The notes: generated from the sequence alone by a model not told the origin. A stretch of 64,000 nt of DNA from Thermoleophilia bacterium UBA2241 (GCA_002347645.1 DDYF01000034.1:1907-65906); one strand, 5' to 3'. Counted from the first letter of the stretch, positions 9,415 through 17,890 are shown. Numbers and translations are program-made.

Positions 9415-11807
9415 AGGGTACCGATCCCGTCCGGCGCCCGGGGGGCCTGGCGCGGCTCCACCTCGAACGCGAGCTTCTTGCCCTTCGTGCGCAAGCGTAC
9501 GGTGTCGTTCTCGTTCACGGTCCCCTTGAGCAGCTCGTTCGACAGCGGCTCGCGGACGAGGTCGTCGATCGTCCGCCGCAGCGGCCGGGCGCCCATGGCC
9601 GGGTCGAATCCGTGCTTCACGAGCAGGCCGAGGGCGCCCGGGGTGGCTTCGACGCGCATCGGCAGCCGGCTCAGCATGACCTTGGCGATGCGGCGCAGGT
9701 CCTTCTCCCCCAGGGCGTTGAACACGAGGATCTCGTCGAAGCGGTTGCGGAACTCGGGCGCGAAGGCGTCGGCCAGGTCGGCGTAGATGGCGCGCCGAAC
9801 CTCGTCCGCCGACGGCATCTCGTCCTTGACGATGCGCAGACCGAGGAAGCGCTTGCCGGAGATGCTCCGCGACCCGACGTTCGACGTCATGACGATGATC
9901 GCGTTGCGGAAGTCAGCTTGGCGCCCGAGGCCGTCCGTCAGCCTGCCCTCGTCCATCATGCCCAGTAGCAGGCTGTGGACGGCGGGGGCGGCCTTCTCCA
10001 CCTCGTCGAAGAGGACGACCGAATAGGGGTCCTTGCGGATCGCCTCGGTCAGCATGCCGCCCCGCTCCGAATTGACGTAGCCCGGCGGAGACCCAATCAA
10101 GCGCGACACGAAGTACTCGCTCGACGACTCACTCATGTCGATGCGGATAAGGCGGTCCTCGTCGTCGAAGAGCACCGCGGCCAGCGACTTGGCGAGCTCG
10201 GTCTTGCCGACCCCCGTGGGCCCCAGGAAGAGGAAGCAGCCGATCGGCCGCATGGGATCGCCGAACTTGGTGCGCGCGGTACGGATCGACTGGGCGACGG
10301 CGACGACGGCGTGGTCCTGCCCCACGACGCGCCTTCGCAGCGCGTCCTCGAGCTCCAGCAGCCGGTCGGCCTCGCTCGCCTTCACCTTGCCGACGGGGAT
10401 GCGGCGCCAGCTCGACACGGCCAGCGCGACCTCGTCGGCGGTGACGGCGAGGTCGGCGCCGGGCGCCGGGTTGCCGGCGTGCTCGAAGAGCGTGCGCCGC
10501 TGCTCCGGCGCGAGGTCGCTCAAGTCGAGGTCGCGGAGGCCCAGCCACGCGCGCATGCGGGTCTCGGCGCAACTGCGGTCGATGAGCTCGAGGGCCTTGT
10601 CGGGAAGGCGGCGGTCGGTCACGTAGCGCATCGACAGCTCCACGGCCGCGCGCACCGCGTCGTCGGTGATGCGGACGTTGTGGAACTCCTCGTAGCGGCT
10701 GCGCAGACCGGCGAGGATCTCGAGCACCTCGTCCGACCTCGGCTCGGGCACGCGCACCATGGCGAAGCGACGCTCGAGGGCGGGGTCCTTCTCGAAGTAC
10801 CGCCGGTACTCGTCGTGCGTCGTCGCGCCGATGACGGTGATCTCGCCGCGGCTGAGCGCCGGTTTGAGGATGTTGGCCGCGTCCATCGTGTCGTGCACGC
10901 CGACCGAGCCGGCGCCGACCAGCATGTGGATCTCGTCGATGAACAGGATCAGCTTGGGATCGTCCCGCGCCTCCTTGATGAGCGCCTGGAGCTTCTCCTC
11001 GAGGGTGCCGCGCACGCCGGTGCCGGCGACGATGTTGGCCACCTCGACGGTGCGGATGCGCTTGCCCATGAGCTGCGGTGGGACGTTGCCGTGCGCGATC
11101 AGCTGCGCGAGGCCTTCGACGACGGCCGTCTTGCCGGTTCCCGGGTCGCCCACGAGCACGGGGTTGTTCTTCTCGCTCTTGCAGAGGACGGAGATGAGCT
11201 GCAGCATCTCCATCTGGCGTCCGATGACGGGACGAAGCTTGCCGGCGCGCGCCAGGGCGGTGAGGTCGCGGCCGAGCGTCTCCATGAGCTCGCTCGACGA
11301 AGCCAGCTCGGGCTGCTCGATCGTGGTGCGGCCGCGGTAGGCGCTCTCGGTCCACTCGTAGGCGGCGATGAGGTCGCGGACCGTCTGGGCGAGTGCCGCG
11401 GGATCGGAGCCCATCGCCTTGAGCGTGCGCGCCGGCAGGCCGTGCTCCTCGGCGAGGACGGCGAGCAGGACGTGCGGCGCCCACACCACCTGTTCGGCGT
11501 TGTCCTTGGGCCGCACCGCCAGGGCGAGCCTCTCGGCCTCCTGCATGACGCGCTTCGCGCGCAGCGTCAGGCCGAGATCGTCGCCGTCCGGGAAGACCTC
11601 CCCGCTCGCCTTCTCGCGCACGCGGCGGGCGGCCTCACCGATGTCGGTGCCGGTGCCGGCGAAGCGCCGGAGCAGGCTGACGTCGTCGAGCGCGACCACG
11701 CCCAAGAAGAGGTGCTCGACGCCGAGATAGCGGTGGCCAAGATCGGCTCTCGCCCGCTCGGCATGCGAGACGACGAGCTTGGCCGAGTTGCCCAGTTCGA
11801 CGCCCAT
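9411..11807 (-). CDS. ClpA/ClpC-type two-ring AAA+ unfoldase (Clp_N repeats, no long M-domain)
   Basis: 798-aa ORF. Clp_N-like N-terminus (HRYLGVEHLFLGVV, APHVLLAVL). D1 has GDPGTGKTAVVEGLA and LFIDEIHMLVGAG. D2 has GPTGVGKTELAKSLA and VVLFDEVEKA. RFLGLR sits where ClpA has its IGL ClpP-docking loop. GAGGGGGG lies ahead of the ATG. Confidence 0.9.
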   Translation of the reverse strand: MGVELGNSAKLVVSHAERARADLGHRYLGVEHLFLGVVALDDVSLLRRFAGTGTDIGEAARRVREKASGEVFPDGDDLGLTLRAKRVMQEAERLALAVRPKDNAEQVVWAPHVLLAVLAEEHGLPARTLKAMGSDPAALAQTVRDLIAAYEWTESAYRGRTTIEQPELASSSELMETLGRDLTALARAGKLRPVIGRQMEMLQLISVLCKSEKNNPVLVGDPGTGKTAVVEGLAQLIAHGNVPPQLMGKRIRTVEVANIVAGTGVRGTLEEKLQALIKEARDDPKLILFIDEIHMLVGAGSVGVHDTMDAANILKPALSRGEITVIGATTHDEYRRYFEKDPALERRFAMVRVPEPRSDEVLEILAGLRSRYEEFHNVRITDDAVRAAVELSMRYVTDRRLPDKALELIDRSCAETRMRAWLGLRDLDLSDLAPEQRRTLFEHAGNPAPGADLAVTADEVALAVSSWRRIPVGKVKASEADRLLELEDALRRRVVGQDHAVVAVAQSIRTARTKFGDPMRPIGCFLFLGPTGVGKTELAKSLAAVLFDDEDRLIRIDMSESSSEYFVSRLIGSPPGYVNSERGGMLTEAIRKDPYSVVLFDEVEKAAPAVHSLLLGMMDEGRLTDGLGRQADFRNAIIVMTSNVGSRSISGKRFLGLRIVKDEMPSADEVRRAIYADLADAFAPEFRNRFDEILVFNALGEKDLRRIAKVMLSRLPMRVEATPGALGLLVKHGFDPAMGARPLRRTIDDLVREPLSNELLKGTVNENDTVRLRTKGKKLAFEVEPRQAPRAPDGIGTL

Positions 11808-11884
11808 CGACTGCCCCCCTCGCGATCCCCAGCGGCCGGTCGGGGCCGACTATAGCACCGCCGTGGCGGACGGCATCGGGAGCC

Positions 11885-12256
11885 TTACGCCCAAGCGATG
11901 AAGCCCAGGCCGCGGTCGGCGCAGATGCGGAAGAGCTTCCGCAGTTGGCGGATCTCATCGGGGGTGGGCGTGAATCGCTCACCGAGGTCGAGCCGATCGC
12001 AGACCGTCTCGGGGTCGCAGGCGCTGAGCTTGTCGGCCATCCCGGCGAGGGTCTCGGGCGGAAGCCACTCGTGGTAGAGCGACTCGCCGGTGACCTCCAG
12101 CACGAACTCCGCATAGACCTTGCCACGGAACGAGGTGACGCCGTCGCTGAACATCCCACCGCACAGGTCGATGCCGGACTCGGTGAGAGCGCGCTCGTCC
12201 TCGGGGGTGAGCACGACCTCGTCCGGCGAGCGCGAGACGACGTTGTCCAGTCCCAT
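11885..12256 (-). CDS. small-protein family member A1 (123 aa), first gene of the Clp operon
   Basis: Internal ATG (residue 219 of ORF 11885..12910; the upstream part is shadow of the + strand gene). MGLDNVVSRSPDEVVLTPEDE...SFRGKVY...WLPPE...DEIRQLRKLFRICADRGLGF aligns with four paralogs in this window. Confidence 0.7.
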   Translation of the reverse strand: MGLDNVVSRSPDEVVLTPEDERALTESGIDLCGGMFSDGVTSFRGKVYAEFVLEVTGESLYHEWLPPETLAGMADKLSACDPETVCDRLDLGERFTPTPDEIRQLRKLFRICADRGLGFIAWA

Positions 12257-12433
12257 CACTTCCCCTTCGTGCTCCTGTGCGGCAGGCGCGCCGCGCGGCG
12301 GCGTCGCCTGTCCGCGTCCCTCTGATTGATGCCAGAGTCTACCCACCGCAGGGCACTCCTTCGGCCGCTCGGGGGTACGATAGCGCCGAGGGGGCGAGGA
12401 GCCGCTCCTTCCGGCGACGCGAGGGGGTTGACA

Positions 12434-13942
12434 ATGGTATCTGACCAGCCCGACCAGTGCTTCGTCGTGATGCCGTTCGGGACCAAGCCGCTCAACGACG
12501 GCAGCGGCCGACTCTACGATTTCGACAGGGTCTATCGCGTCATCATCCAGCGCGCGATCCGGCAGGCGGGACTCGAGCCCGCGCGCGCCGACGAGCGCAA
12601 GGTCTCCGACATCATCCACGCCGACATGTTCAAGCAGCTGCGCGACCGCGGCGTGGTGCTCGCCGACCTCTCGCTGGAGAACCCGAACGTCTTCTACGAG
12701 CTCGGCGCCCGTCACGTGATGTCGGCCAAGGGCACGGTGCTCATGTGTCGCGCGGGGTCGGAACTGCCGTTCGACGTGAAGCTGTCGCGCGTCATCTTCT
12801 ACGACTTCGACGGCAGTCACCTCGACTGGGAGGAGGTCGAGCGCGTCGTCAAGGAGCTGCAGTTCGCCCTCGAGGAGGCCAAAAGGGGCACGCCCGACAG
12901 CCCCGTGCACGCGCTTCTGGAGCGGGTGCTGCCCGAGGAGGCCGCTGCACGGGAACGCGGCACAGCGGCCGGCGTCGACGAGGGCGGCGTCGACGAGTCA
13001 CTGGCCGACTTCCAGGGCATCGTGGCCGACCACTGGGCCAGTGAGGACACGCCGACGGACGAGCTGCTCGGCGTGTGCGGATCGTCGGTCTTCGGCTGCC
13101 GGGCGCTCGGGCTGCTGACGTTGACGAGAGAGACGCCGTCCGATGAGCTCTCGGCGGTGGCCAGGCGGCTCTACGACCTCTCCCAATTCGACCTCGCGAG
13201 CCGCCTCTACGAGCGCCTGGATGCACAGGGCACGCTGGGCGTCGCCGACCTCCTGGAGTACGGTTCCACGCTGTCCGAGCTGCGCTCGGACCTCGTCGCC
13301 GCGGACCAGGGCCTCGCCCAGATGCAGCGGGCGGCCGACATCCTGACGCCGCGGCTCGAGGAGGAGTCGCCCTCGCCCGAGACACTGCGGGACGGCTTCG
13401 CCTGCTATTACAGGATCGCCGGCCTGTACCGCTGGCGCTGGCAGCTGAGCCGCGACGAGGAAGACTTGACCCTGGCCATCGAGCACTATGAGCGGGCGAT
13501 GGGGGTCGGCAAGCGCCTCGACAAGGCGGCCGAGGACTTCGAGATCGGCCGCCTCGCCGCCTGCCACTTGGCGCTTCTCCTCCTGTTGCGCCTCCGCGAC
13601 GACAACCCCGACCGCGGCGACATCGAACGCCACCGGGAGCAGATCCTCAGCCTCAAGGTCGACGGCCGGCATAGCTTGGTGGAGGAGTCGTTCACCCGCT
13701 GGTGCCAAGCGATCGCGCTGGCCGACGGCGGCGACGCCAACGGCTCGAACCACATGGCCATGCACGCCTACTCCGAGGATGCCAAGGTCATGGACCAGCC
13801 GGGCTGCGAGGCGATCGGCCGCAAGCAGTATGCGGGTCTGCGGCGCTACCTCGAGCACTACTCGGGCGTCCTGCATCACCCCAGCCTCATCGGCCACATC
13901 TCGCAGGTGCTGCAGATCGGCCACCGGACGCAGGCGTCGTGA
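12434..13942 (+). CDS. TIR/nucleoside-2-deoxyribosyltransferase-like N-domain fused to TPR-like helical repeats
   Basis: ATG at residue 37 of ORF 12326..13942, with GAGGGGG upstream. The N-domain reads CFVVMPFGTKPL...YDFDRVY...VVLADLSLENPNVFYELGARH. The C-terminal ~350 aa are helical repeats. Confidence 0.75.
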   Translation: MVSDQPDQCFVVMPFGTKPLNDGSGRLYDFDRVYRVIIQRAIRQAGLEPARADERKVSDIIHADMFKQLRDRGVVLADLSLENPNVFYELGARHVMSAKGTVLMCRAGSELPFDVKLSRVIFYDFDGSHLDWEEVERVVKELQFALEEAKRGTPDSPVHALLERVLPEEAAARERGTAAGVDEGGVDESLADFQGIVADHWASEDTPTDELLGVCGSSVFGCRALGLLTLTRETPSDELSAVARRLYDLSQFDLASRLYERLDAQGTLGVADLLEYGSTLSELRSDLVAADQGLAQMQRAADILTPRLEEESPSPETLRDGFACYYRIAGLYRWRWQLSRDEEDLTLAIEHYERAMGVGKRLDKAAEDFEIGRLAACHLALLLLLRLRDDNPDRGDIERHREQILSLKVDGRHSLVEESFTRWCQAIALADGGDANGSNHMAMHAYSEDAKVMDQPGCEAIGRKQYAGLRRYLEHYSGVLHHPSLIGHISQVLQIGHRTQAS

Positions 13943-14295
13943 GCCTCGACGTCTTCCTGTCGCGGTCGCCGGACGACGTCGTCGTGGCGCCCGAGGACGA
14001 GGCTGCCTTCGCCGGGCTCAACGTCCACGTCAACGAGTGGGTCGGCACCGGCTCGTTTGGCGGCAAGAGATACATCGAGGTGGTCGACCACGTCGGCGAC
14101 GTCGTCCTGGGGTACAAGTGGGTCCCGCCCGAGGACGTCGTACGCATGGCCGCTGCGTTTGAGGCGCGCGACCCCGAAGAGGTCGCGCGCGAGAGCGTTG
14201 AGGACGCCTTTCCCGTCACCGCCGATCAGGTGCGCGGCCTGCGCCAGCTCTTCCGGTTCTGCGCGGACCGCGGCCTCGGGCTGCTCGGGATGTAG
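13939..14295 (+). CDS. small-protein family member A2 (118 aa)
   Basis: GTG at 13939 overlaps the upstream TGA (GTGA). VSLDVFLSRSPDDVVVAPEDE...GSFGGKRY...WVPPEDVVRMAAAFEARDPEEVA...TADQVRGLRQLFRFCADRGLGLLGM. Confidence 0.75.
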   Translation: MSLDVFLSRSPDDVVVAPEDEAAFAGLNVHVNEWVGTGSFGGKRYIEVVDHVGDVVLGYKWVPPEDVVRMAAAFEARDPEEVARESVEDAFPVTADQVRGLRQLFRFCADRGLGLLGM

Positions 14296-14315
14296 GGGAA
14301 GGAACGGCGAGAGTC

Positions 14316-16514
14316 GTGCCGGATGTCCTGAGTCAGACGCCAATGCGGGAGCGCCGAGCGGTACTCGCAGCGTTCTCCCGCGCCCTGGGTCGGGAGCTGC
14401 ACAACCTGCATTCCGCCGGCCTCGAGCGCTATCCTCAGTTCGTCTTCCAGCAGCTCTACAACCGGCTGCAGTGGGAGGACGGGCCGGTGGCCCCAGTACT
14501 CGAGCCACAGGTCCGCCGGCGCGCTACGCCTGAAGCCCCCCCGTGGCTGCACCAACTCACGCGCGTTTGCGAATCGTCGGCCTATGTCCGCACCCTGGCC
14601 TTTCACGCGGACGTCTGCGCCTGCAGCGTCTCCCCCGACGGGGCGACGGTGCTCTCGGCGGGCGGCCGAAGCCTGAAGCTCTGGGACGCGGACACGGGCG
14701 AGACGCGCGCCACCCTGGAGGGTCACAAGGACCAGGTGAGAGGCTGCGCTTTCTCACCCGACGCCCGCACCGTCCTTTCGGCGAGCGACGACAAGACCCT
14801 CAAGCTCTGGGACGCGGACACGGGCGAGGAGCGCCGCACCCTCGTCGGGCACACGGGAGTCGTGGCGGCCTGCGACTTCTCGCCCGACGGACGGACGATC
14901 GTCTCGGCGAGCGGGGACCAGACCCTGAGGCTCTGGGATGCTCAGACGGGCGCTGAACGCCTCACCCTGACCGGGCACACCGGCGCTCTGAGCGCCTGCG
15001 CCTTCTCGCCTGACGGCCGGACGGTGGTCTCGGCCAGCTACGACGAGACCCTGAAGCTCTGGGACGCGCGCACGGGAGAGGAGCGCCGCACCCTTGCGGG
15101 GCACGAGGAGTTCGTGGAGGCCTGCGCCTTCTCGCCTGACGGGGAGACGGTCGTCTCGGCGAGCTACGACAGGTGTTTGAAGCTCTGGGGCGCGCACAGC
15201 GGCGAGGAGCGCGCCACCCTGGAAGGTCACAAGCATTGGGTCACAGGCTGCGCCTTCTCCCCCGACGGCGAGACGGTCGTGTCGGCGAGCAGGGACGGGA
15301 CCCTGAAGCTCTGGGACGCACGCACGGGGGAGGAGCGACGCACCCTCGTCGGGCACACTTCTGTCAGCGCCTGCGCCTTCTCCCCCGACGGCGTGACGAT
15401 CGTATCGGCGGGGGACGGGGACCTTCGGCTGTGGGACGCGCGCGCAGACCAGGAGCGCCTCTTCTCCTCCTCCGGCCACGAGGACGCCGTCACGGCCTGC
15501 GCCTTCTCGCCTGATGGGCGGACGATCGCCTCGGGAAGCCACGATGAGACCGTCAAGCTCTGGGACGCGCAGGCGGGAGCAGAGCGCCTCACCTTCCACG
15601 GGCATACCGGCCATGTCAGCGTGTGCACCTTCTCACCCGACGGGGAGACGGTCGTCTCGGCGGGTTGGGACGGTACGGTCAAGCTCTGGGACGTGAGCAC
15701 GGGCGCGGAGCGCCGCACCCTCGGCCGGCAAGGTGGCCATGTCGACGCCTGCGCCGTCTCGCCCGACGGCAAGTCGATCCTCTCAGCGGCGGCCGGAGCC
15801 CTGAGGATCTGGGACGCCGGCTCCGGCGAGCTGCGGCTCACCGTCGACGGACCCGAGACAATGGCCGGCCCGGCGAGGGTGGGCGCCTGCGCCTTCTCCG
15901 CTGACGGAAGGACGATCATCTCGGCAAGTCTCGGCATCACCCTCAACACGTGGGACGTGCAGACGGGAGAGGAGGGCCGGACCGCGAGGGGCAAGGCGGG
16001 CTATGTCGACGTCTACGCGTTCTCGCCCGACGGGACGGCGGTCGTGTCGGCGAGTCGCGGTGGCATCCTCCGGCTGTGGGACGTCGACACAGGATCGTTG
16101 CGCGTCACCATCACCGGGCACACGGACACGGTCGGGGCCTGCGCCATCTCGCCCGACGGGTCGGCGGTCGCCTCGGCGGGGCACGACAGGACCCTGAGGC
16201 TATGGGACGCGCGGACCGGCGCTGAGGTCGTGAGCTTCACTGCTCCCGGCGCCCTCGGCGCCTGCGCCCTCAGCCCGGCCGGTGACCGCGTTTGCTGCGG
16301 GGATGGCGCCGGGATCGTGTACATCCTGGAACCGATGGGAGCCCTCGGTGCGGTCTTGCCGCAGACCGGGGCCGTGAAGCCTCGGGTCACCGGAGACGGG
16401 GACGAGGCGGCTAGTTCCGACGGCGACTTCGTCTGCCGCCACTGCGGTGCCGCCGCCCAGCGCGGCGCGCTCTGGTGCCCGGCCTGCGGGCGGGACCTCG
16501 AGACGGCTCGATGA
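14316..16514 (+). CDS. WD40 repeat protein 2 (about 14 blades) with an N-terminal helical leader and a C-terminal zinc ribbon
   Basis: 732-aa ORF. Leader is AFSRALGRELHNL...YPQFVFQQLYNRLQWED...PPWLHQL. About 14 units of type LKLWDARTGEERRTL.GH...V.ACAFSPDG.TVVSAS.D.T. Tail is FVCRHCGAAAQRGALWCPACGRDL. Confidence 0.9.
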   Translation: MPDVLSQTPMRERRAVLAAFSRALGRELHNLHSAGLERYPQFVFQQLYNRLQWEDGPVAPVLEPQVRRRATPEAPPWLHQLTRVCESSAYVRTLAFHADVCACSVSPDGATVLSAGGRSLKLWDADTGETRATLEGHKDQVRGCAFSPDARTVLSASDDKTLKLWDADTGEERRTLVGHTGVVAACDFSPDGRTIVSASGDQTLRLWDAQTGAERLTLTGHTGALSACAFSPDGRTVVSASYDETLKLWDARTGEERRTLAGHEEFVEACAFSPDGETVVSASYDRCLKLWGAHSGEERATLEGHKHWVTGCAFSPDGETVVSASRDGTLKLWDARTGEERRTLVGHTSVSACAFSPDGVTIVSAGDGDLRLWDARADQERLFSSSGHEDAVTACAFSPDGRTIASGSHDETVKLWDAQAGAERLTFHGHTGHVSVCTFSPDGETVVSAGWDGTVKLWDVSTGAERRTLGRQGGHVDACAVSPDGKSILSAAAGALRIWDAGSGELRLTVDGPETMAGPARVGACAFSADGRTIISASLGITLNTWDVQTGEEGRTARGKAGYVDVYAFSPDGTAVVSASRGGILRLWDVDTGSLRVTITGHTDTVGACAISPDGSAVASAGHDRTLRLWDARTGAEVVSFTAPGALGACALSPAGDRVCCGDGAGIVYILEPMGALGAVLPQTGAVKPRVTGDGDEAASSDGDFVCRHCGAAAQRGALWCPACGRDLETAR
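14589..16331 (+). repeat. tandem ~126-nt WD40 coding units with high unit-to-unit nucleotide similarity
   Basis: Recurrent strings such as aagctctgggacgcg...gagcgccgcaccct...gcctgcgccttctcgcc(c/t)gacgg appear with a 126-nt period through the gene. Confidence 0.85.
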
Positions 16515-16606
16515 GGGCGGGATCCTGAGTCGGTGGGCCCGCGTCGTCCGTCAGCAGGGACTCACCGCGCTGACGAGACCAAGAAGCTGCTGGGAGTGTG
16601 GATCTG

Positions 16607-17002
16607 ATGAGGCCTCTGCCGTGTCTCTTCGGAATGCACCTCTGGGACCACTGCCGCTGCGCACGATGCGGGGCGCTGCGTGACCACGAGCACGACTGGC
16701 AGGGGACCTGCACGTGCGCCGTCTGCGGAGCCACCAGGAACGAACACCACCAGTGGGTCGGATGCCGATGCCGGATGTGCGGCGCGGAGTTGCATAAGTT
16801 CATCCCCGCCGGCCCCGAAGAGCACAGCTGCCGGCGGTGCGGCCTCGTCGAGCCGCATGCGCTCGTGACCGATGCGCGCTGGGAGGACTGGGGTGGGTGG
16901 GACTCGATCGGGCCGTGGCGGGCGCAGGAGAACGAGTATCTGATCTGTCGCCGGTGCGGGTGGGAGGAGTTCGTCAAGTCCACGGGGAGGATCCAGGTCT
17001 AG
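16607..17002 (+). CDS. Cys/His/Trp-rich small protein with three tandem H.W..C.C..CG units plus a terminal CxxC
   Basis: MRPLPCLFGMHLWDHCRCARCGALRDHEHDWQGTCTCAVCGATRNEHHQWVGCRCRMCGAELH...CRRCG...ICRRCGWEEF. GGGAG lies about 10 nt upstream of ATG 16607. No family recognised. Confidence 0.5.
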   Translation: MRPLPCLFGMHLWDHCRCARCGALRDHEHDWQGTCTCAVCGATRNEHHQWVGCRCRMCGAELHKFIPAGPEEHSCRRCGLVEPHALVTDARWEDWGGWDSIGPWRAQENEYLICRRCGWEEFVKSTGRIQV

Positions 17003-17148
17003 GACGTCCTGCTCCAGACGCCTGGGGTGCAGAGGCACCTGTCCGGTACGCGGAGCGCTGGACCGCTTCAGTCGTGCGTGGCACGATGGAGACGAGCTCA
17101 GCGAACGGGCAGGCCCCCTGGGGGGTCACCGGCGAGAAGGATGAGGAC

Positions 17149-17514
17149 ATGGGTCTCGACACCTATCCGTCGCGAGGTCCGGGCGAGTGCGTCCTGACGC
17201 CAGAGGATGAAGCGGCACTGGCCGAGCTCGGCCTTCCGCTCTGCGGCTTCGGCCTGCACGCGAGCTTCCGCGGCAAGGTCTACGAGGATGTCGTGAACCG
17301 CGTCACCGGTGGCGCCCGGTCCCTCTACGAGCTGTGGATGCCGCCCGAGGGCGTCGCCGAGATGGCGGCGGCGTTCGAGGCCTGCGACCCGGAAGCGGTC
17401 GCGCAGGCCTCGAAGGGCGATTACTACCCGGCCACCGCCGACGAGGTCAGAGCGCTGCGCCGCCTGTTCCGGCTCTTCGCCGACCTCGGCCTCGGCCTGT
17501 ACGCGGACGTCTGA
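17149..17514 (+). CDS. small-protein family member A3 (121 aa)
   Basis: ATG at residue 105 of ORF 16837..17514, with GAAGGATGAGGA upstream. MGLDTYPSRGPGECVLTPEDE...SFRGKVY...WMPPEGVAEMAAAFEACDPEAVAQA...TADEVRALRRLFRLFADLGLGL. Confidence 0.75.
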   Translation: MGLDTYPSRGPGECVLTPEDEAALAELGLPLCGFGLHASFRGKVYEDVVNRVTGGARSLYELWMPPEGVAEMAAAFEACDPEAVAQASKGDYYPATADEVRALRRLFRLFADLGLGLYADV

Positions 17515-17530
17515 GGCACGAGGTCGCACG

Positions 17531-17890
17531 GTGGGACTCGACACCTCCGCCTCGCGTGAGCCCGACCGCATTGTCCTGACGCCGGAGGACGAGACCGTGT
17601 TCAAAGCGCTGCGCCTCCCGCTGTGCGAGTGGATCGGCGACGGCTCGTTCCGCGGCAAGGTCTACATCGACGTGGTCGACGCCGTCGCCGGAGTCTGCCT
17701 GACCGCGGACTGGATCACGCCCGAGGAGGTCGCCGAGATGGCGGCGGCCTTCGAGGCCTGCGACCCGGAAGCGGTCGCGCAGGCCACGGCCGACGACCGC
17801 TACGACACGAGCGCCGACGAGGTGCGCGCCCTGCGACGATTGCTGCGCATCTGCGCCGATCGTGGCCTTGGGCTCGTGGGGTCGTGGTGA
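17531..17890 (+). CDS. small-protein family member A4 (119 aa), tandem to A3
   Basis: GTG at residue 75 of ORF 17309..17890. VGLDTSASREPDRIVLTPEDE...GSFRGKVY...WITPEEVAEMAAAFEACDPEAVAQA...SADEVRALRRLLRICADRGLGLVGSW. Confidence 0.75.
   Translation: MGLDTSASREPDRIVLTPEDETVFKALRLPLCEWIGDGSFRGKVYIDVVDAVAGVCLTADWITPEEVAEMAAAFEACDPEAVAQATADDRYDTSADEVRALRRLLRICADRGLGLVGSW

Noticed and set aside
12428-12433. Perfect TTGACA hexamer immediately before ATG 12434.
   Set aside because: It lies between the SD-like GAGGGGG and the start codon, with no -10 element at the proper distance downstream. This is most likely coincidence.
11885-12910. Long N-terminal extensions of track ORFs. Examples are 11885..12910, 13702..14295, 16837..17514, 17309..17890, 17973..19055, 20479..20934, 27747..28844, 28739..30730, 30024..33290, 35415..37769, 37397..38617, 49700..51184, 50845..52674, 50890..53304, 52695..54416, 58340..60103 and 59950..61362.
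   Set aside because: The extensions overlap well-supported neighbouring genes and translate to Arg/Pro-rich junk. Internal starts coincide with SD-like sequences, 4-nt overlaps or the N-termini of paralogs and known families.
14754-15994. Minus-strand ORFs inside WD40 gene 2 (14754..15614, 15227..15994), and the 617-aa ORF 21574..23427 inside WD40 gene 4.
   Set aside because: They are antisense images of the WD repeats. Their periodic Arg/Pro/Gly-rich translations simply mirror the repeat period, whereas the plus frame gives canonical WD40 units.
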